Part shown: piece after piece, positions 55,318 through 64,000 of the stretch | How positions within the stretch are numbered: the first letter of the stretch is position 1 | How the letters are laid out: the number at the start of each line of letters is the position of its first letter | Assembly (NCBI RefSeq): GCF_963921235.1 | Contig: NC_086118.1 | Coordinates: forward strand, 20,772,001-20,836,000 | Reading direction: 5' to 3' | Source: Mobula hypostoma | Taxonomy: Eukaryota | Length of the DNA stretch: 64,000 bases | Position numbers and translations under genes: made by a program | Notes under the pieces: model-generated | What the model was told of the DNA's origin: nothing | What the model saw: only the letters and a program-made list of their open reading frames with translations | Database searches by the model: none

Positions 55318-55415
55318 CTTATACATGCAACTTTCTGTTGATTTGCTTTTGTTGCAGTAAGTAAACTGCGCATAAGTAAAGTGTGTGCTCGCCTTGATTG
55401 CTGGTTGAAAATGAA
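55318..55415 (-). other. ZNF750: Probable non-coding exon 1 of ZNF750 (5' end approximate)
   Basis: Perfect donor AAG|gtaagt on the - strand at 55318/55317, about 7.8 kb upstream of the exon 2 acceptor, in a repeat-free stretch. A TATA-like CTTATAG lies about 120 nt upstream of the donor. Mammalian ZNF750 has a non-coding first exon. No transcript evidence is available. Confidence 0.55.
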
Positions 55416-55520
55416 GCCAGCAATTCTAATAGGAGGGACTATAAGTGAAGGAGTTGGGCCCTGAGGGTATGGAGATGCACAATGTTATTCCTGCCCCAAG
55501 CAATGATTCATGCGTTCTAT
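55416..55520 (-). promoter_or_regulatory. Candidate ZNF750 core promoter
   Basis: TATA-like cttatag at about 55438-55445 (- strand) and GGGGCAGGAAT near 55487-55497. Based on position relative to the predicted exon 1. Confidence 0.35.
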
Positions 55521-56081
55521 CCAGTTACAGTTTTCTTTCACTATTACCTCAGTACCCAATTTGCAAAGCAAAATTGTTTTGGTTTCTACTGGCCATTTTA
55601 CAGCAAGCAGTCATGTTTACACAAACTTGAACTTTTGTAGTGTAAGCAAGCTCTTTTGTTTGAACTGTAATTCTGCTTACACTGGCCTTTTGTTTATACA
55701 TTTTTCTTACCCCTGCTCCAGTCTCCTTAAGAAATCTACCCTTAAAGTACTGTTGTAATAACTATATTTCCAGATTGTATTCTACCTTACCAAACTAGTT
55801 TTGCCAGCCATATGTATCGCATTTTTCAAGTTTACTGTTCCAGTTCCTTCTTATAAAATTATTAAGAACTGAAATGTATGGTTTCGGATTGGATTCCTAA
55901 ACACTAATGAATATTTCAACATTTATGCAGCTCCAAATTCCTACACTTTATTATGTACGAATTCAATTTCAATATGGTCAATTAAGTTTCCATCAGTAAC
56001 CAAAATGAGTGTTCTTAATGATAGATAGTATCCTTTTAACACTTTTTTCTTTTGGGCGGACAACATGAATATTAGAAGAGT

Positions 56082-57527
56082 CTGTCTGTCTAGGTACCAT
56101 ATCCGATGCGGACATTGGTGACCATGGTTTTCCATATAGATCTATCCCTCGTTCTTTGGATGACTTCCATTTCCTCGATGTGTAGCCACCTGACTAGGCT
56201 TTTGATGTACATAAGCTGAGGTCTTCTTCTAGGTTTGCTCCTCTCGATCATTCCAGAGATTGAGTTTTTCTAGTTCATTTTTCCACATGATGTGTCCTAG
56301 GAATCTGAGTTGTCTTTCTCTTATTGTTGGTATGAGTGATTGAACTGCTTGGGCTCTTCTGAGAACTTCTTCATTTGATGTGTGTGGTCCATGATATTTT
56401 TAACATTCTCCTGTAGAACCATAATTCAGCTGCTTCTAGTCTCTTTTCCATTGCTGGGGAAATGGCCCAACATTCACTTCCGTAAGTCAGGATAGAATAA
56501 ATGTTGCACTGCAGTATTCTGCTCATCTTTCTGTCTGTTAATATGGTCTTCATTTTTTGGAAAGCTTCTTTCGTCATTGCTATTCTATATTTGATATCTG
56601 TGTCGCACCTGCCATCACTTGTTATTAGGCTGCCAAGATATCTGAATTTGTTGACTTGTTTGATGTTTGTATTTCCGATGTTGATCACACGTTGTGGGAT
56701 GTTTGTCTTTCTGGAGATGACCATGCTTTCTGTCTTCTTGGTGTTGATTGAGAGGCCTCTGCGATTACTTTCTGCTGCGACTATATTGAGTAGTTCTTGA
56801 AGTTCTGTTTCTGAGTCAGCTATTAGTACAATGTCATCAGCATATCTGATGTTATTTATATTATGGCCTCCAATTGTGAATCCTTTGATGTCTGATACTT
56901 CTCAAGATATTTTCACTATACAGGTTGAATAAGTCTGGCAAAAAGACACAACCTTGCCTGACCCCTCTCATGATATTCACATACTCACTCACTTCTCCTT
57001 CTATTCTGATGGATGCTGTCTGGTCGCAGTATAAGTTTCTTAAGAAACTGTATACCTTTCCCAACTATGTCAAGATCTTGAAGCATTTCCAGAAGATCTT
57101 GGTGTCTGACAGTGTCAAAAGCTTTTGTATAGTCGATGAAACATAGGTAGATGTCTTTTTGTACCTGAATAGTTGCAAAAGAAACCATCCCACGAAAAGA
57201 ACAGAAAAGTAAGAAGAAATGGATAACTGAAGATATAATACAATTGATGCAACAAAAAACAGACCATCAAACCAAGAGACAGTGAAGAATACAAACAACT
57301 TGATAAGACAATAAAAAGAAAATGCAGAGAAGCTAAAAACAGATGGCTAAATGAGAAATGCTCAGAGATAGAAATGCTACAAACCCATAACCCTGGAACA
57401 AAGTTGATGCACAATAAGATTAAAGAACTATCAGGGAAATTACCTTGCTTAGCAAGTGGATGCATCAAGGCAAAAGACGGCAGCTTAATTATGAGCAAAA
57501 AGGAAATCCTAAACAGATGGACGGAAT
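56082..57527 (-). mobile_element. RTE-clade LINE with inverted 5' segment and 13-bp TSD
   Basis: - strand RT: YLCFIDYTKAFD, RGVRQGCVFLPDLFNLYSE, IRYADD, FRYLGSLITSDGRC; (CAGA)n tail; TSD atattagaagagt at 56069-56081 and 57528-57540. Segment of about 57175-57527 reads as RTE ORF on the + strand. Confidence 0.9.
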
Positions 57528-59894
57528 ATATTAGAAGAGTACTTTAGAAAATACTTTCTGTGGTTTCCTGGTTAATGACAAATTACATTTGTTCTACCCA
57601 CCATCAAAGTGTTCCAATAGGAAATTATGTGGGTGTGGATGTTCATTAAATCAATTTTGTAGGTGTTTTGGTCATGCAACCTGTCTTCATATTATTGTCT
57701 CATTTTGGTTTGGTTGAATGGCAGCACTTATTTCAATAAAGAAGACGAGGTTCTGGTTCCACTCCAAAGACTAGTGCAGTGGTTCAGCCGAAACTATTGT
57801 GCAAGGATCCCATCTGTATATTTTGCTGGGGAGAGTGAATGGGTAAAAGATTTTGAGAGTTTTGGAAAATGCTGATTTGTTTTTGCTCACATTTATTTAA
57901 TTGAAAATGGAATATTTATTTATCAGTTGTTATTTTGACTTTATCAGATGAATCTAATGCAGGCTTTAAATAATACTTCACTACAATGGGCCAGTGAGGA
58001 GAAAAAAATAAGATTTTAAATGATAGATATAAACGAATAAAGGAAAGGAATTTCATTGTATCAAAGTAAAAGCATTGCAAGTTTTGCCAGTGATGTGAAT
58101 AAAAAGAGTAGATAAAAACATTACTCAGATTTAGTGTATGGTAGGTTTGATGATAGATTGGTTCATCAAACCAAAATAGATTAAAAAGATGAAAGGAATA
58201 ATGCTTGTGTGATTGGATCTTAAAAAAAGAGAGAGATGAGACCCATAAGAAATCAGTACAGATAGAGTTAATATATGAGTAACATTTAGTGAAAATTGTA
58301 CCAGGTATTAGAAGTGATGAGGCGCAGTTGATGCATGATTAACTTTGAGAGACGAACAAGGTAATTTAATATGGGGATGAAGTTGAAGGTGAGAATTTGC
58401 TTAGCAGAAAGAGGAAAAGTGCAGAAGAGAATAATAGAAAAATACAGAGGAGAATAAGGATGTGAAGTAGTTTGGCTGATGAACTGAATGTTGGTGTACA
58501 GCCTATGATTGAGTAAGAGATCGAGATTGTACATGTTGAGCTTGTGCAAGAGTTAGTCGTAAAGGAGAGGAATAGGGTTAGAAAGTTTTGGTGTAGCATT
58601 CTCAAGCAGAGCAAAGTACATTATTTCATTTACCAGTGCTGAGCAGTTCTAGCTCCTTTGTGACTTGTTGAATGACATGGAGTAAAATTAATAGAAAGAT
58701 ACAACTGAGTTTCTTCAACATTTTAAAGGATTGTGAATAGATTTTAACCATCAGAAAACTGATTCTTTAATCTCTTTTTTTCAATATTAATCAATTGGTT
58801 AACAGATCTGCCTATCAAAATGTGTATTATAAAGAAGCAAGCATGTTTGTAAATAGTACTTTAGAACGTAAGCCTAAGGTAGCTGTATAGTCTTATGCCA
58901 AAGGTAGTAAGTTCCTGATTTGTACATTTGCTCATTTTGATTTGCAGCATCATGTTAAGAGCTAGAGAGAATTTGGTATATTATGAGGTGTTTTACAAAC
59001 TGATTATTGCAGCCACACTTGAATCATATGTTGTATAGCCAATATATTCAACAGAAAGAAATATCAGGACAGTTTGCATGCATACAGTATATTGTTTTCT
59101 CAGGTCAGTGTGTGGAATTAGTTTTATAGAAGATACTATACTTGTGATGTGTTTCTTAAACAATGTTTTGAAAATCTGAATGTGGTTATTAATACAGATC
59201 ATTAGATTGCACTGCAATGAACATAGATTTGGAATAGCATTAATTAGTGGGAAATTACATAAATCATATTTCAATAGCGTTCAATAAGTTATGCCAGTAT
59301 TTTTAACAGAAATACTGATGTGGCTTCTGATTAAGTCTGTATAATAACATCTAAAGGATATCTTTCAGTGTTTCCTGTACCTTATGGTTAGTTGGTACAT
59401 TATTCAGAAAAGGTAGATGAAGCCATGCAGTTAAGAAAGGCGCTTGGTACATTTGCCCAATTCCTTCAACAGTAACATGCATAGCTTATAACTGGGCTCT
59501 TCCCCCACCCTGTCCCTCCAATGCAAAAAACAAGGTAGGTTTATTGTTCTTCTGAACACTTCGAGAAAGCTTCTAATTAGGAGCTAATTCATTGGAATTG
59601 ATAAATTGATAATTTTATGTTGAAATATTTTGCCTGTTATGTCTTTTGCTTTCAGATACAGTGAAATGGATATTAACATGCTTGCTTGAGTCAATTATGT
59701 AATTATGGTTAGCTAAGTCTCTAATTCAGTTGGTGATAAAGGTGTTTTATACAATCTTTAGAGTGAACATCAAAAATCAGCAGAATATTTTGATGTCAAT
59801 ATTCAATTGCTAGTTTATTTTGGTTTACTGTTCTATCCTTAAAAGGTTCACTTTGTGCCCAGAAGTCTTAGCTGTGCCTGATGATCACTGAAAT

Positions 59895-60885
59895 AGGTTA
59901 CTGCAGGATAGTGGTGGAAGTATGCTTTCCTGATTGGAAGTCTATGACTAGTGGTCTAGAGTGTTTTTTTTGTGATGTGTATTAACAACTTGGGTGCCAG
60001 TGTGGGAGGTATGATTAGTAAATATGTAAATGCCATGAACATTGGTGTCGATGTGGGTAGTGAGGAAGATTTGTTAGGGTGCAGGGATATAGGTCAGGTA
60101 GAAAGTTGGGTGGAGCACTGTCAAATGGAATTTAGTCCTGCTATGTGTGAGGTGATACATTTTGGGAAGTCAATGGCAAATGGTGGGGGTATTAAGGAAG
60201 TTGGCAAAGGGGGGGGACTTTGTGTTGCAGTCGACAGCTCTCAGAAAGTGGATTCACTTGTAGATAGGATGATAAAGAGGGCATATAGCAAACTCATCTT
60301 CATAGGCTGGGGCATAGATATAAGTTGTTGGAATGTTGAAATGCAGCTTTACAAAAAAAATTGATTATAATGTGTAGTACTGGTTATCTCACTATAGGAA
60401 GGATGTAGTGCTGAAAAGAGTACAGAAGATATTAAATCAGGGTGTTGCCTGTTTGTATGACTTTAGTTATGGGAAGAAATTGGATAGGCTGGGCTTGTTT
60501 TTACTGAAGCAAAGGAGCCGGAGGGATGACTTGATAGAGTTACATAGAATTATAAGAAGCATTGAGATAGTTAGAATCTTTCCCCAGAGAAGGAATATCA
60601 AAAATGAGAGGATATAGGTGTGTGGTATGAAGAATGAGTTTTAAAAGAGATTTGAGGGGGAAGTTTTACTTTGAGCAGTATGTTTGATATCTGGAATGTG
60701 CTGCCAGAGGTTGTGAAAACAGATACAATTACAATATTTAAGAGGCATTTAGAAGGGTACTTATAATTAAGACATAGATGATATGGAGCAAATGATGTCA
60801 AGTGGAATTAGAATGGATGGAGAAAAGGGATGGCATGGAGGTTATGGGCGTAGAGCCCACTTTTGTGCTGTATACATTTCAATGA
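59895..60885 (+). mobile_element. Old CR1-type LINE 3' fragment
   Basis: ISKYVNAMNIG...CQMEFSPAMCEVIHFGK...LKRVQK...LGLFLLKQR; decayed. Confidence 0.72.
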
Positions 60886-62227
60886 CCCCAGCATAGCTCG
60901 GGTACTGTAATGATAAATCTCCCATTTACCAATTCATGTAGTTTAATCTATGTTAGTATGGACCATTTCCATTCTACAATTTTCTGAAAGACGTTTTAAA
61001 TAATTGGAGAAGAATTGTTTTCTGTGAAATTATTTATCCCCTTTTTTCAAAATTTAGGAACTTTTTTGTCTGCAGGTGTTATGAGATAAGTTGGGGATGA
61101 GTATTATTTCAGTATCCATTTAGAAGTTGTGTTTGTCAAAGAAATCCTATTTATTAATGAAGATCATTGTCGAAATTTGCACAGGGTTAAATGGCAGAAG
61201 AAAATCTTTGCATTTTTAAACCTGACATTTATTGTTGGGTGTCATTCAAACCTGACCAGAGTTGTTTTGACATTTAAAAAGGCTGAATTATTCTACCAAG
61301 TATTGTCCTTTCTTAATTTGCTGAAGCTTTGGAACAAGTTACCTGAAGGGTTACAAATAAATTCTTGCCACCTAGGATTTCACAAATAAAGTTGCTGCTT
61401 ATATTTGTCAGTTCCAGCAGTACTTTTTCCATACGTAAGTAATCAAGAAGTGTAAATAATTTTTGTAATTATTTTTCAATGACATTAAGTACAAACATAT
61501 ATTGATTCCCGTATCACAGTAAGATTTGAAAATTTTCTTTAAAAAATGCATAGCAGAATTGTTATGATTGAGGTATCTGCTTCAATTCTGATTAACTTGT
61601 TTGAGGTTCTGAATGCTATTGCCAACCTTTTCAATTGCTAAAATCTATCCAGAGGCTGGTTACAAAGACAAATTTTAATTGCAGGTGGAGGAACCAACAT
61701 TGTGGTTTTGATATGCTTGCTCTAGAATTTAGCTGATGTGTAAACAGGAGGCTTTTGGGTTTGCAGAATTAAGAAACAAACAGGCCTGGGTGTCCTGTAA
61801 CGTGGCATCGTAAGATGCATGCAGACCAGGATGTTTCCAGGATCACTCTTGGAACTGAAAAGTAAAATGATAACACTAAAAGGTGCTGAACCTACTGTAT
61901 AACACTGAATTTCCCCTGGCTATTTGCATGGACATTTTGGCCTCTGTTACAGACTTCAGCTCTTCAATTTTACTTTCCTTTTCTGTCACTTCATCCTCAA
62001 TTTACCCTTCCTTATTGTGTCTCTTTCCTTTTTGCCACCTTCCTGGTGTTTTGCATTCACAAACCCAGCTCCTTCAGCATTCATCTCTCCTACTTCCTAC
62101 TTATTTGTTCAAGGATTACCCTAAAACTTCTCTCAAAGCTGATATTTTCCAAAACAAAATTGATCCTTTCTTGCTACCTTCTTCTGAGAAACAACTCTAG
62201 TTGTCTAATATTATGAAGTGTCATATG

Positions 62228-64000
62228 GCACCATAGTACAGAAGCAGGCCCTTAAGCCCAACTAGTCCATGCTGACTTGTTTTCCTGCCTTGTCCCATGT
62301 ACCTGCATCTGGACGCTAGTCCTCCCTTCCCTTCTCATCCATGTGCCATTCTAAACTTCTCTTAAATGTTGCAATTGAACCCATATCCACCACTTCCACT
62401 TGCAGCTTGTTCCATACGTGCGCCACCCTCTGAGTGAAGATCTCCTGAAGGTTTTCCTTAAATATTTTACCTTTCACCCTAACCTATGGCCTCTCGTTTT
62501 AGTCTTACCCAACCCCAGGGAAAAGCCTGCATATATTTACCCTTCATAATTTTTATACCTTTACAAGTTCTCCATTTATTCTCCTATGCTCCAGGAAATA
62601 AAGTCCATAAGATACAGGAGCAGAATTAGGCCATTTGGTCCATTGCATCTACTCCGCCATTTCATCATGGCTGAACCAATTTTCCTCTCAGCCCCAATCT
62701 CCTATCTTCTCCCCGTATCCCTTCATGTCTGACCAGTCAAGAATCTATCAACCTCTGCTTTAAATATACATAAAGACTTGGACTCCACAGCTGCCTGTGG
62801 CAAAGAATTCCACAAATTCGGCATCCTCTGGCTAAAGAACTTCCTCATCAGCTCCATTCTAAAAGGACTCCTCTCTATTCTGAGGCTGTGTCCTGTAGGC
62901 TTGGACTTTCCCACCATAAGAAACATCCTCTCCACATCCACTCTATCATGGCCTTTCACCATTCGATAGGTTTCAATGAGGTCACCCCTTCATTCTTCTG
63001 AATTCCAGTGAATACAGGCCCAGAGCCACCAAACGCTCTTCATATGACAAGCCATTCAATCCTGGAATCATTTTCATGAACCTCCTTTGACTCCTCACCA
63101 GTTTCAGCACATCGTTTCTAAGATAAGGGGCCCAAACCTGTTCACAATACTCCCACACCACGGTACTGTACCCCACACTCCAGTACTGTGCACCACACCA
63201 CCGTACTGTATTCTGGCCCATTCAACTGTTCCTCATAACTCAGATTCCCAAATCCTGAAAACATCTTTATAAATTTTCTTTGTGCTCTTCCAAGTTTATT
63301 GATAACTTTTCTGTAGGTAAATGACTAGAACTGTGACAATAAACTCTACATTTGACCGCTCCAATGTCATATACATCTTCAATAAAAGACCATAAGACAA
63401 AGGAGCAGAAGTAGGCCATTCGGCCCATCGAGTCTGCTCCGCCATTTTATCATGAGCTGATCCATTTTATCCTATTTAGTCCCACTGCCCCGCCTTTTCA
63501 CCATAACCTTTGATGCCCTGGCTACTCAGATACCTATCAATCTCTGCCTTAAATACGCCCAATGACTTGGCCTCCACTGCTGCCCGTGGCAACAAATTCC
63601 ATAGATTCACCACCCTCTGACTAAAACATCCCAATAACTGTACTCATTGCTCTGACTTATGAAAGCCAATGTTCCATTAGCTCTCTTTATGACCCTGTCT
63701 ACCTGTGAAGTTACTTTCAAGGAATTATAGATCTGTATTTCTGGGTCCCTTTCTTTTACCACACACCTCAGTGCCCTACCATTCACTGTGTAAGTGCTAC
63801 CCTGGTTGTCTTACCATCATGCAGCAGCTCACACATCTGAATTAAATTCTGTCTGCCATTTTACTGTCCATTTTTTTCCCAGCTGGTCCAGATCATGTTG
63901 CTTTGATAGCCTTCCTTGCTGTCACCTATGCTCCTAATCTTGATGCCATCTACAGATTTGCTGATCCAGTTTATCAGATTATCTAAATCATTAATATAGG
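62228..64000 (-). mobile_element. Nested CR1 cluster: an older CR1 interrupted by two younger CR1 3' ends (about 62607-63153 and 63389-63625)
   Basis: EYCEQVWAPYLRNDVLKLVRSQRRFMKMIPGL and KFFSQRMPNLWNSLP; tails cataagatacaggagcag and accataagacaaaggagcag. The host CR1 sequence resumes after each insert. Confidence 0.8.
63154..63213. repeat. Three-copy 20-bp tandem repeat
   Basis: cacaccacggtactgtaccc / cacactccagtactgtgcac / cacaccaccgtactgtattc. Confidence 0.75.

Noticed and set aside
63154..63213. Possible CRISPR-like array
   Set aside because: Contiguous tandem units without unique spacers, in eukaryotic intronic context with no cas genes.
55500..64000. Next TBCD exon (VV.VILKALTYDEKRG...), including candidate acceptors at about 59655 and 61075
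   Set aside because: No matching translation found after those AGs. The exon is probably beyond the window.

Overview
AT-rich vertebrate genomic DNA. The repeat families (CR1, Rex1/Babar, V-SINE-like, Penelope) and the divergence of the proteins suggest a cartilaginous fish such as a ray; that assignment is inference. The + strand carries six consecutive internal coding exons of TBCD (tubulin-specific chaperone D) with canonical GT-AG splice sites. Five of them match the sizes I recall for human exons 8, 9, 11, 12 and 13, and the exon 10 equivalent is 18 nt longer. ZNF750 is nested on the - strand inside the intron after the last TBCD exon: two coding exons give 772 aa, and a probable non-coding first exon lies near 55.3-55.4 kb. 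The rest is intronic and rich in mobile elements: CR1, Rex1/Babar, RTE and Penelope-like retroelements, a solo LTR, a Tc1 remnant, a hAT MITE and SINEs. The most interesting non-genic signals are (1) minimal hammerhead-ribozyme motifs in two Penelope-like families, one copy intact at 19383-19418 (-); (2) a set of tiny, often palindromic, TSD-flanked Penelope-derived elements; (3) an RTE LINE with a twin-priming-type 5' inversion just upstream of ZNF750; and (4) two long splice-spanning uORFs in the predicted ZNF750 leader. No CRISPR array, rRNA, true tRNA or prokaryotic system is supported, and I cannot claim a wholly new system without database searches.
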